64,000 nucleotides of DNA. Source: Octopus sinensis (taxonomy: Eukaryota). Shown in pieces: positions 38,187 through 49,895 of the stretch. The notes below the pieces were generated by a model that was given only the letters and a program-made list of their open reading frames with translations, did not search any database and was not told where the DNA came from. Location of the stretch: assembly GCF_006345805.1 (NCBI RefSeq), contig NC_043022.1, positions 6,200,001 to 6,264,000 of the forward strand, given 5' to 3'. How positions within the stretch are numbered: the stretch's first letter is position 1; each line of letters begins with the position of its first letter. Both the position numbers and the translations under genes were made by a program.

Positions 38187-38964
38187 TGTATATATACATT
38201 GGATATATTATATACATATATGTATATACACATATATAATGTACATCCCAGATATATATATAATGTGTAACTATATCTGTAAGTTAAGGATATAATCATA
38301 AAAATGATCATATCAGTGGCCTAGTGTATAAAAATGACTGTATTGGTAAAATTAGTTTTTAAGTATATAATTATAAAAGCTAATTATAATTAAGGGCTCT
38401 TGAGTGCCAACACCTATGCTAGAAGTAAATGTAAAATACCGACAATCCCCTCTAAATTTGTTCTCTGTTTATAACCCAAGGCCAAATGAGCAAGAAGATT
38501 TACAAGATTTCATGTTCTGCAATAAAAGACAGCAATTGCTTGACTCTTTCCACATGGACCTCCACTCGCCTGTGCTCATCCGGAATGCAGGAATAAGTCT
38601 AACGCACCAGTGCTGCCAGACAGCTCTGTCAACCGTACGAAGGCGCTGGACCGTGCATGTATGCAGCAAAGCAACAACAGCTGCCAGAAAACGGCAGAGA
38701 TCAAAGGCAACTGACAAGAGAAGCAGGTACACACAGGTGTTCGATATCTCGTTTACCTCTGCCTGGAAGCTTGCAGGTTGGCATGTGGGCAACATCATGC
38801 TTCTCTTGTCACTTGCCTTCGATCTCTGCCATTTTCTAGCAGCACCACAACAACCGTTCTGCAGAGGTGGCCACGCTGGATTTCCATCCCTCTCTCCTGC
38901 TTGTTGTTCTACTGCTGCACGTGCCGCTTCCCATCAATATCTGCTTCCATTGTGGTCATGCCTC

Positions 38965-39562
38965 TATTTCTTTATTGCCCACAAGGGGCTAAACATAGAG
39001 GGGACAAACAAGGACAGACAAATGGATTAAGTCGATTATATCAACCCCAGTGCATAACTGGTACTTATTTTATCGACCCCGAAAGGATGAAAGGCAAAGT
39101 CGACCTCGGCGGAATTTGAACTCAGAACGTAGCGGCAGACGAAATACCTATTTCTTTATTACCCACAAGGGGCTAAACACAGAGGGGACAAACAAGGACA
39201 GACAAACGGATTAAGCCGATTATATCAACCCCAGTGCATAACTGGTACTTATTTTATCGACCCCGAAAGGATGAAAGGCAAAGTCGACCTCGGCGGAATT
39301 TGAACTCAGAACGTAGCGGCAGACGAAATACCTATTTCTTTATTACCCACAAGGGGCTAAACACAGAGGGGACAAACAAGGACAGACAAACGGATTAAGT
39401 CGATTATATCGACCCCAGTGCATAACTGGTACTTATTTTATCAACCCCGAAAGGATGAAAGGCAAAGTCGAACTCGGCGGAATTTGAACTCAGAACGTAA
39501 CGGCAGACGAAATACGGCTACGCATTTCGCCCAGCATGCTAACGTTTCTGCCAGATCTCCGC
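38965..39562 (-). mobile_element. SINE family B, head plus three 184-bp bodies
   Basis: Units start 38965, 39149, 39333; 15-bp TSD ttgtggtcatgcctc. Confidence 0.9.
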
Positions 39563-39664
39563 CTTGTGGTCATGCCTCCTGCTGCTGGCAGCACCCTGTG
39601 CGCATGGTCGATATCATGTCCACCATCATCAATCTCTGCAGCGGTCTGGCACCTTCTAGCAGCT

Positions 39665-41214
39665 TCTGCTGGTCACAAAGGGCCTGTCGCTCAGAGTAAA
39701 AGGTAGACTGTACAAGTTATATGTATGAACAGCCATGCTACATGGCAGTGAAACATGGGCTACGACTGCTAAAGACAAGCTTGCAAGGAATGAAGCCAAT
39801 ATGCTCTGCTGGATGTGCATACTCGACAGAGTGTAAGTACCTTGAGAGAAAAGTTGGACCTAAGAAGCATGAGATCTTGTGTGCAAGAGAGACGACTGCA
39901 CTGGTATGGTCATGTAGCGAGAATGGATGAATACAGTTGTGTGAAAAAGTGTCACACCCTAGCAGTAGAGGGAACCTGTGGAAGAGGTAGACCCAGGAAG
40001 ACCTGGGATGAGGTGGTGAAGCACGACTTTTGAATGTTGGGCCTCACCAAGGCAATGACAAGTGACCGAGACCTTTGGAGAGGTATGCTGTGATTGAGAA
40101 GACCCGGCAAGCCAAGTGAGACCATAACCCGTGGCCTATGCCAGTGCTGTATAACCAGCCAGTCTAAGACTACTCTTCAATCATTGGGCAACATACTGGG
40201 CTTGTGAAGACCTGTTGAGGCAAGTGAAATCATTGTCATGGCTGATGACAGTACCACCTGATTGGCACTTGTGCCAGTGGCACATAAAAAGCACCATTCA
40301 AATGTGATCATTGCCAGTGCCACCTGACTAGCTCCCATGCTGGTGGCACATGAAGAGCACCATTTGAGTGTATTCCATGCCAGTGGCACGTAAACGGTAC
40401 TATCCAAACGTGATCAATGCCAGGCCCGCCTGACTGGCTCCTGTGCCCATGGCACGTAAAAAGCACCCACTATACTCTCAGAATGGTTGGCATTAGGAAG
40501 AGCATTCAGCTGTAGCAACCTTGCCAGATCAGATTGGAGACTGGGGCAGCCACTGGCTCTCCAGACCTCAGTCAAACCGTCCAACCCATGCCAGCATGGA
40601 AAATGGACGTTAAACAAGGATGATGATGATACGTACAATATGTATATTATATATATCTTTTATCTTTTACTTGTTTCAGTCATTTGACTGCGGCCATGCT
40701 GGAGCAGTGCCTTTAGTCGAGCAAATCGACCCCAGGACTTATTCTTTGTAAGCCCAGTACTTATTCTATCGGTCTCTTTTGCCGAACCGCTAAGTGACGG
40801 AGACGTAAACACACCAGCATCGGTTGTCAAGCAATGCTAGGGGGACATATATATACATTGGATATATTATATACATATATGTATATACACATATATAATG
40901 TACATACCAGATATATATATAATGTGTAACTATATCTGTAAGTTAAGGATATAATCATAAGAATGATCATATCAGTGGCCTAGGGTATAAAAATGACTAT
41001 CGGTAAAATTAGTTTTTAAGTATATAATTATAAAAGCTAATTATAATTAAGGGCTCTTGTGTGCCAACACCTATGCTAGAAGTAGATGTAATATACCAAC
41101 AATCCCCTCTAAATTTGTTCTTTGTTTATAACCCAAGGCCAAATGAGCAAGAAGATTTACAAGATTTCATGTTCTGCAATAAAAGACAGCAATTGCTTGA
41201 CTCTTTCCACATGG
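39665..41214 (+). repeat. Local duplicate of 36797-38557 (RTE 3' end, half SINE A, AT-rich segment)
   Basis: Collinear with scattered substitutions and a ~240-bp deletion. Confidence 0.92.
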
Positions 41215-41626
41215 TATTGCATTAGATGCGAATAATTACAGAGGTATCAAGTTGTTGGACCATAGTCAACTGCTACAAAGGTAAAGGTGATGCATTAGAT
41301 ACAAATAATGGCAGAGGTATCAAGTTGTTGGATCAGGTAATGAAAGTCATGGAGAAGGCCATAGCCCAACTAATTAGGGAGAGAGTCAGTCTAGACGAGA
41401 TGCAGTTTGGGTTTGTACCAGGGAAAAGGACCACTGATGCTAAATTTCTGGTAACACAGCTGCAGGAGAAATACCTAGCCAAAGATAAACCTCTGTACCT
41501 GGCTTTTGTAGACATGGAGAAAGACTTCGACAGGGTCCCCCGATCCCTTATCTGGTGGTCAATGCTGAAACTAGGGATAGGTGAGTGGTTAGTGAGAACC
41601 ATGCAAGCCATGTACAGGGACGCTGT
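41213..41626 (+). pseudogene. Duplicate RTE RT fragment (copy of 35829-36195)
   Basis: TIVNCYKGKGD...MYRDAV shared with ORF 35720..36202. Confidence 0.92.
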
Positions 41627-42495
41627 GCTCATCCGGAATGCAGGAATAAGTCTAACGCACCAGTGCTTGCCAGACAGCTTCATCAACAGTACGAAGGAGC
41701 TGGGCCGTGCATGGATGCAGCAAAGCAACAACAGCTGCCAGAAAACGGCAGAGATCAAAGGCAACTGACAAGAGAAGCAGGTACACACAGGTGTTTGATA
41801 TCTCGTTTACCTCTGCCTGGAAGCTTGCAGGTTGGCATGTGGACGACATCATGCTTTTCTTGTCACTTGCCTTCGGTCTCTGCCATTTTCTAGCAGCACC
41901 ACAACAACCGTTCTGCAGAGGTGGCCACGCTGGATTTCCATCCCTCTCTCCTGCTTGTTGTTCTACTGCTGCACGTGCCGCTTCCCATCAATATCTGCTT
42001 CCATTGTGGTCATGCCTCTATTTCTTTACTACCCACAAGGGGCTAAACACAGAGGGGACAAACAAGGACAGACAAACGGATTAAGTCGATTATATCGACC
42101 CCAGTGCATAACTGGTACTTATTTTATCGACCCCGAAAGGATGAAAGGCAAAGTCGACCTCGGCAGAATTTGAACTCAGAACGTAACGGCAGACGAAATA
42201 CGGCTACGCATTTCGCCCAGCATGCTAACGTTTCTGCCAGATCGCCGCCTTGTGGTCATGGCTCCTGCTGCTGGCAGCACCCTGTGCACATGGTCGATAT
42301 CATGTCCACCATCGTCAATCCCTGCAGTGATCTGGCACCTTCTAGCAGCTTAGCCAGGACCGTACAGCAAAAGCGGCTGCACTCGACTGCATTCCCTCTC
42401 TCCTGCTCGTCCCCATCCAAGTGCTCTCTTTTTCTTGCTAGCTCTCACACTGCTCACCACCTGACCTCTTCTTCAACTCAATCCGTGGCTGCCAT
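41624..42495 (-). other. Probable rDNA 3' ETS/spacer downstream of the 28S fragment, interrupted by SINE B (42019-42249); partly duplicated at 38570-39662
   Basis: GC-richer sequence contiguous with the 28S 3' end once the SINE and its TSD are removed; inference. Confidence 0.5.
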
Positions 42496-42623
42496 CATCA
42501 CTGCCTCGGAAGGGTAGATCGTGACATTTGTGAGATCGCAGTGTGGTATCTGCTCGACACCTCGAACAACAAGTCGAGTCGTATGCAAAGGTGATTTGTG
42601 TCTTGCTCTTTATGTCTTGATTT
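42495..42623 (-). pseudogene. 28S rRNA pseudogene, extreme 3' end
   Basis: tgacatttgtgagatcgcagtgtggtatctgctc resembles the reverse complement of the conserved 28S 3' end (TGACTTTCAATAGATCGCAGCGAGGGAGCTGCTC). Confidence 0.6.
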
Positions 42624-43117
42624 TGTAATGGTCTCCATAGCTAAATAGTTGAACAATCTCCCTTGCAAGAAAGATTATAGAGTAACCTCCCTTTTCTAAG
42701 TTTCTCGAAGCATCTGTGTCATGAGATGTGATTCTTAATTTTTCAAGAAGCTTGGTGTTTCTCTTGGAAGTTTCTAGAATGTCTAGCGTTGCATTAATAA
42801 AAAACAGTTTGCTAACCCTGCTCTTCACTTCTTAGTCCATTGCTATGTCCATCTATCTCTCTATGCCACATGACTGAAAACCACCACTTAGCTGTTATTT
42901 CTACATTTTCTGTCTCTGAACTTTCTTGCATAGATTACTTCATTCAACTAGATGCTGCTTATTGATTCTATGTATCGTCATCGACCAGTAAATAAAATAT
43001 ATTTTTCTGTATTAAATATATAGTTCTTGAATTTATTCTTCATCTCTTTATGAACTCTTGTAACAACATACACACAGCCACATCAACACCTTGTACTGAC
43101 TATATATTTCCACTTCA
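42624..43117 (+). mobile_element. Gypsy LTR, 494 bp, inverted relative to the element
   Basis: TGTAATGG...CCACTTCA; about 20 differences from the reverse complement of 46669-47162. Confidence 0.92.
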
Positions 43118-43125
43118 TAAATTGG

Positions 43126-46100
43126 CACCCCTGCTCCAAGCAGAGGTAACATTATACTATAATGAAAATAATAAAAATGTATACATCATAAAATGCCAAA
43201 CTATAGAAACATATCACAGTTCAAATGTAATAAATGTTTGTTAAATTCTTGGGTCAATGCACGTGTCTTCCTTGGTCAGATGATTGTTCCTGCAAACACG
43301 CAAAATATCGACACTACCAGTTTTGTTGAACGCTTGCGGGATTATGTCAAAGTTCCCACATGTGACCACCAGAAAACAAGACATTAAAACATATTTGCCC
43401 AAGGACTATTCTTCCTGGACTCTTTGTTCGCAACGATGCCTTTAAACACCCTTTAACAGCACCGTATTCAGGACCCTTTCGTGTACTTTCTTGCACCTTG
43501 GACCTTAATGGTCATAATGGCACTGTTTCTGTTGATAGACTAAAAAGGGCTCACATGAAAAACAAACCATTTCCAACCCCACAACAGACAACACACACAC
43601 AGCATTACAAACTATCGTGTTTGCAGGAACAACCCTCTGACCAAGAAGCGTCAAGGAAGAACCATAAAGTAATTCTGCAGGAGAATACCCCATGTATTCT
43701 TTGATAGAAGAGCAGAGACCCAAGAGAAGAATAGGAAGAAATTCAATCCATCGAGTTGAATCAGCAGAAACACAGAATGCAGCTTTAAGCGTTGGTGAAA
43801 TCTTTCGATCACACCATTCTTAGGTGGGGATGTGTTTGGTTCCTAGAATCTTGGTAAGCTACTGGAAAAGCTTAGTTTCGAATTGTCGTCCACGATCTGT
43901 TATTTTCACAGCTGTTCCGAAATGAGAGATCCATCTTGTGACTAAAGCTTGTGCCACAGTTTGAGAAAGAGATGTCTGTGAGTGGAATCACTTCTGGCCA
44001 GAGTGAAAAACGATCAATACAAGTTGATAGAAATGTATAGCCCTGACTATATCAGCATGCATGTGCTGGAATTGTGTATCTGGGGAAGAGAAAGTGCCTA
44101 ACGGTGCATGATGTCGCCTGCATCCCAACCTGCAAGCTTCCAGGCAGAGGATATGTTTATGGACTTTGGATTTTTGACACCTGACACAGGTACACAACTC
44201 CAATTAGTTGTCTCGACGCATTTTGTGAAGTTTCTCCTTTTCAAAAGGTGTTGGAAGTGTTTAACTGAGAGGCAGGTAGCTTAGAGAAAAAGGCCAGAGG
44301 TTGCTATTTGCCATGGTGGACTGTGCCAATGCCAATTTCAGACCTGTTGACTACAAAAGAAATTTCGGCATCAGGAATGGGGTGAGCCAATATGGAGACA
44401 CAAGAAAATTTTTGTTTAACATCGCCGAAAGCTTGCATTTCAGCAGGAGTTAAAGTGATCTTTTCTGTTCTGTTCTTGCAGTGTCAAAGTAATTTGTTGG
44501 GAGGGTGTATAGTTTCAGCACAATGAGGAATAAAATGTTGATAGAAATTAATCCAAGAAATTGTCTGAGCTGTCTTAATGAAACAGGAACTGGAATTTTG
44601 CGATAACCTCAACCTTTTCTGGCCCAATTCCTTACTTGGTGTGTCCAAGGAAAGTGGGAAAAGGCACACCGAAAATACAGTTGGTAGCATTGATACGAAT
44701 TTTGTATCGAGAAAGCCTTTTGAATAATTGCTAGAAATGAAGCTCACTTTCTTTCTCGGAAGATCTAGCGATGAGAAGATCATCAATATAGGTGTAGACA
44801 AAATCTAATCCACGTATTACTTCATGAATGAAACCCTGAGAAGTACTGGCAGTATTCTTCAACCCAAAGGGCATGGTAGGAAATTCAAATGACCCAAATG
44901 GAGCTGCAATAACCGTTTTTGGAATATCATTTGCGTTGACAGGAATCTGATGGCATGCTCATATCGAATCTTTTTTTGAGATGATAGTGCAACCATGCAG
45001 AGAAGTTGCAAAATATGTAGTATAGGATGGTATAGGATAGCTCTCTGGAATGGTAACAGTGTTGAGTCATCTTTGGTCACCAGTAGGTCTAAAATCACTA
45101 GATTCCATTTTCACCAAATGAAGTGGTGATGACCATTTACTCTTTGAAGGACAAATTATTCCAAGCTGGAGCATGTGGCTGAACTCTGCTGTAGCAGCTT
45201 TGAGTTTTTCAGGTGGTAAGCGTCTCAGGTGCGAGAAAACAGGAGATCCATTGGTGGTTATATGATGAATAGATGAAGCATTGATATTAAAAGTAAAACT
45301 TTCGATCATACCGTTCTTAGGTGGTTGGTAACTGGCGGAGGGGATGTGTTCAGGAAAGGACTAAAGCAAGGCTTGACATTTATCTGGTTGATTTGCAATA
45401 AAAGACGGTTGGGCTGACAGAAGTGGAATTGAAACAGCTTCCTAAATCGCATAACTGTGTATTGCTATCGATAAGTCAATTTCTTTTGACATCCAATAAT
45501 AGGGAAAAATGATGGGGAAAATCAGCCCCTAAAACTGGGTGAGGAAGGTCAGCAGTGATAGAAACCCACTGGAAACTTCGTCTGAGATTCAGGTCCAGAG
45601 TGAGTGAAATCTCACCGAACGTTTTAATAAGAAAACTGTTGACTGATTGAAGAGATTTGTCAGAAGTGAAAAGTTTTTCTTTCACAAATTCAGACGGCCA
45701 TATACTGCAGGACGCTTCAGAATCAACTAGAAATGCCTTCTTAAACTTGAAATCTAGTATGTAAAATGCACAACTAAGAGAAAATATGCCGGGAACTGTG
45801 GTTACGCTTGGAGTCTGGCTTTTTAGTTTTCCTGAGTTTTAAATGTACAAAGTGAAACACATCTTTTAGCTGCAGAACCAAACTTATAACGATATCAGCA
45901 AAAAGGTTTGATCTGCTGGGAGAACACGAATTTGAACGACGATAGCAACGAGGTGAAGAACTTCTATTGATACGCAAGAGACAAACTTCTGTGACTAGCT
46001 TGTCTATAGTTTTCTGCATAGATTCACAGAATTCTTTGAATTCAGAAGAAACTGTAGCAATTGGCAAAGGAGTGTTGTTCTGTTCTGGAGTGGATTTTGT

Positions 46101-46660
46101 ATACTCAAAATTTTATCTGCCGATGCTGCAAGTTGGTCGACTGTGTTAACGTCTGTCAAATGGGTGAGGATACCTTGAACATTCTGTGGTAATCTGGAGA
46201 AGAAGAATTGTTTAAGCAACTTACTTTCAGCAGAGTTGTTGCATTTTGATGGTGTTCTGTCCCCTAAATGTTCATTGAGGCATTTTCGAACCTTCTTTTC
46301 AGAAGAGAGCAAGGTTCGTCTTAAAATTTCATTTTTAATTGATAAATACGTTGCATCTGCCGGTGGAGATGTAACAATATCTCATAATTCTCCAGTTAAT
46401 GGTGGTGCTATAGAACTAAGTAAAATGTAGAGCTACTGTTGGTCTGAATTGTGTTTGCTTGCAGAGAAAAATGCTTCTAACTGGGCAAAGCAGACAGCAA
46501 TATCTGCTGTGAAAATTGGTAAAACTGGAAGATTCATAGCAGATATCATCGTTGTTTGAGTTGAAGATAATTTAGTAGAAGAAAATTGTGATATGGAAAG
46601 TAGTAGAATATAACTAAATATGTCGGATAGTAACCAATTTATGATTATTCTCAGAGTCAC
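43126..46660 (-). pseudogene. Ty3/Gypsy (CsRn1-like) gag-pol, decayed
   Basis: Gag LPIF..D..V.FAQLEA and LGDRTPS..FF.RLP; CHCC knuckle; protease FLVDSEAS; RT WSSPLHLVK; integrase C..CQKSK, DRGRQFE, YSPAELLYG; many stops. Confidence 0.92.
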
Positions 46661-46663
46661 CCA
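46651..46663 (-). promoter_or_regulatory. Degenerate primer-binding site (tRNA-Trp-like)
   Basis: Minus-strand tgggtgactctga versus expected TGGTGACCCCGA, a few nt inside the 5' LTR junction. Confidence 0.5.
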
Positions 46664-46668
46664 ATTTA

Positions 46669-47162
46669 TGAAGTGGAAATATTTAGTCAGTACAAGGTGT
46701 TGATGTGGCTGTGTGTATGTTATTACAAGAGCTCACAAAGAGATGAAGAATAAATTCAAGAACTATATATTTAGTACAGAAAATATATTTCATTTACTGG
46801 TCGATGACGATACATAGAATCAATAAGCAGCATCTAGTTGAATGAAGTAATCTATGCAAGAAAGTTCAGAGACAGAAAATGTAGAAATAACAGCTAAGTG
46901 GTGGTTTTCAGTCATGTGGCATAGAGAGATAGATGGACATAGCAATGGACTAAGAAGTGAAGAGTAGGGTTAGCAAGCTGTTTTTTTATTAATGCAACGC
47001 TAGACATTCTAGAAACTTCCAAGAGAAACGCTAAGCTTCTTGAATGATTAAGAATCACATCTCATGACACAGATGCTTCGAGAAACTTAGGAAAGGGAGG
47101 TTACTCTATAATATTTCTTGCAAGGGAGATCTTTCAACTATTTAGCTATGGAGACCACTACA
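46669..47162 (-). mobile_element. Gypsy 5' LTR, 494 bp
   Basis: Minus-strand TGTAGTGG...CCACTTCA followed by PBS and gag. Confidence 0.92.
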
Positions 47163-47617
47163 ATCTCTTCGAACAAGTCGGGTGGGACACTGGCCCAGGA
47201 AGACTGCCGTTCCAGAATGGCATTTCCACCGGTGACGCTGCTGCTTGCTGTGAGGATGCAACGGGTGAGCTAAGGCATGCGCCTTGAGGTTGAGACACTT
47301 TTGGAAAACAACTTGGTTCTGGCTTAGAGGTGACTGACCATTATTGCTCAGAGGCAGCCTGGTACCTCTGCTCTATCAACCGAGTGCACAAACCATTGAT
47401 CTGATGCCACGGTTCCTCTCGTACTTTACGGGATAGCCATAGCAGAATTTACATTGCCAGTGCCTGCCTAAGGTCAGCAGAAGTGTCTGCGGCAGTGACA
47501 GATGACGTGTAAGTATGCCACCACCGAAGCACACCAAACCCCCGATGTGACTCAGAGCACCACATATGCATAATGCATCAGTAGAATAAAACTAACCTTT
47601 CTCACAACGGTCTAAAC
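47163..47617 (-). pseudogene. 28S rRNA pseudogene fragment including the sarcin-ricin loop
   Basis: ggttcctctcgtact (47411) is the reverse complement of AGTACGAGAGGAACC; catcagtagaataaaactaacctttctcacaacggtctaaac and ggttctggcttagagg match conserved 28S blocks in order. Confidence 0.88.
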
Positions 47618-48810
47618 CAGGAGTGGGGAAACCCCACCCACGGGTGGAATTGCACCCGCAGCCTGGTGTACTCATAGGTACAAAATAAAGTAAATTTTTC
47701 AATTATAAAATTTATACAATACTCGTATACCTATTTGCAACATAGGTTGGGTTTCCACATCGACTTAAAATGGTTAGACTCGAACAGAAATCTCTGGTAA
47801 TTGCCATTTGAATGGAAATTTTGGTTTCACTACAAAACACATATTTCTAGGTTTATACCACCCACTTAAAACTAGAAATATATTGCATGTATCGAAATAA
47901 TTTTTATATAAAACAAAAGCTGACAACCTCTTAGAATTTCGTTAATTCTGACCATCGTCCCTTAATTCCGACTGACCTGTTCGCTGGCCATTTTTATTTT
48001 TATTCTGCCACACAATGACGACACGCAAAGCTAAGAATATTTTTCTCTTTTTTTCTTTTTTTTTCTTTCTTCTCCCTCTCTACTCCGCTCCTAAATATCT
48101 TAGATGTAGAAGATACTGTGTAAACATTATTCCAAGAATCCTAAGTATTCTATTTTTCCTCCCTATTTCATTTTTCCTGTTTTTACAAAAAAAATCTCCA
48201 AAATCGAGACCCACCCTCTTTTTGTCAATCAATAAGCAAAAGATATTTTAAAAATCTATTAAAAATCAAAAACAAATTGGTAAAGCTTCATCAAAGCAGA
48301 AACTACTAATTTGGTGTTTTGTGAACAGGATTATAAAAAAAAAAAAAACCTTTTTTTTTTTGAAAAAGCAGTGAAAAACGTTTTTTTTTTTAAAGGGGTG
48401 TTGCATTTTTGCTATCAGTTAGTCTCAAGAAGGTCAACCGAAGTTACTTTCATCTGCAATCGGCTTATCAGTTATCTCCCTTCCCTATCCACTCATTTGT
48501 CAATGGACAAAGGAGAGAGAAAAATCAAACCTTGCAGAACCAAACAATATCTGATTTTTTTGTAGATTTGTATTTTTTACAATACTAAATGCATGCAATA
48601 CAACCACGTGCCGGTTGGCTTTTGTTTTTCCTGGGCAGCAGTAATAACAAAAATTCCAAAAATTATAATATAAATTTAACTGGTTTATAACTTAAACCTT
48701 GTTAAATCAATTTTTCAATACCCTTATCAATATGGCAAGCGGTTATAAAAATCCTATAAAATAAAGTGCTTTGATGAAAAATGGACTGAGTTTTATTTTT
48801 GATTGAAATA

Positions 48811-49210
48811 GGCGCAGGAGTGGCTGTGTGGTAAGTAGCTTGATTACCAACCACATGGTTCCGGGTTCAGTCCCACTGCGTGGCATCTTGGGCAAGTGTC
48901 TTCTGCTATAGCCTCGGGCCGACCAATGCCTTGTGAGTGGATTTGGTAGACGGAAACTGAAAGAAGCCCGTCGTATATATGTATATATATATAAGTGTAT
49001 GTGTTTGTCTCCCTAGCATTGCTTGACAACTGATGCTGGTGTGTTTACGTCCACGTCACTTAGCGGTTCGGCAAAAGAGACCAATAGAATAAGTACTGGG
49101 CTTACAAAAAATAAGTCCCGGGGTCGATTTGCTCGACTAAAGGCGGTGCTCCAGCATGGCCGCAGTCAAATGACTGAAACAAGTAAAAGAGAGAGTAAAA
49201 GAGAGTAAAA
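48811..49210 (+). mobile_element. SINE family A
   Basis: Near-consensus copy inside the transposase. Confidence 0.92.
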
Positions 49211-49493
49211 GGTAACAGGTGCAACAAACAAGCAGCAGTTCATAATACAGAGAGGCATTTTGTGAGGAAGCATAAGACCTATGGAAATTTGAAAGAATCG
49301 GAACGTTTTGACAAGATAGCCTCCTTCAAAAACAAAATCTGACCAAAGAACAAGCTTTTTTTAAAAGGCCAATTCTTGAAAATTAATCAGTTAGTCGAGA
49401 CAGTCGGTATACAAAAATATTGGTAAAAAACTCAAAGCACACAGTGATGGTGAATTGGTGAAAGAATGTATCCTTACTGCTGTTGAGAATATA

Positions 49494-49895
49494 TACTCTT
49501 TACTCTTTTACTTGTTTCAGTCATCTGACTGCGGCCATGCTGGAGCACCGCCTTTAATCGAGCAAATCAACCCCAGGACTTATTCTTTTGTAAGCCCAGT
49601 ACTTATTCTATCGGTCTCTTTTGCCGAACCGCTAAGTAACGGAGACATAAACACACCAGCATCGGTTGTCAAGCAATGCTAGGGAGACAAACACAGACAC
49701 ACAAACACACACATATATATATATACATATATACGACGGGCTTCTTTCAGTTTCCGTCTACCAAATCCACTCACAAGGCTTTGGTCAGCCCGAGGCTATA
49801 GTAGAAGACACTTGCCCAAGGTGCCACGCAGTGGGACTGAACCCGGGACCATGTGGTTGGTAAACAAGCTACTTACCACACAGCCACTCCTGCGC
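49494..49895 (-). mobile_element. SINE family A
   Basis: Near-consensus copy splitting ...AVENI / CPEEG... Confidence 0.92.

Noticed and set aside
38404-39030. 208-aa ORF as a host gene
   Set aside because: Spans a rearrangement junction; the duplicate is fused to RT and broken; no splice or homology support
42624-47162. DIRS or Ginger classification for the inverted-repeat element
   Set aside because: It encodes gag, protease, RT and a DDE integrase with PBS and PPT; no tyrosine recombinase, and it is not integrase-only
47163-47617. Functional 28S rRNA gene
   Set aside because: Partial, substituted in conserved blocks and interrupted by transposons
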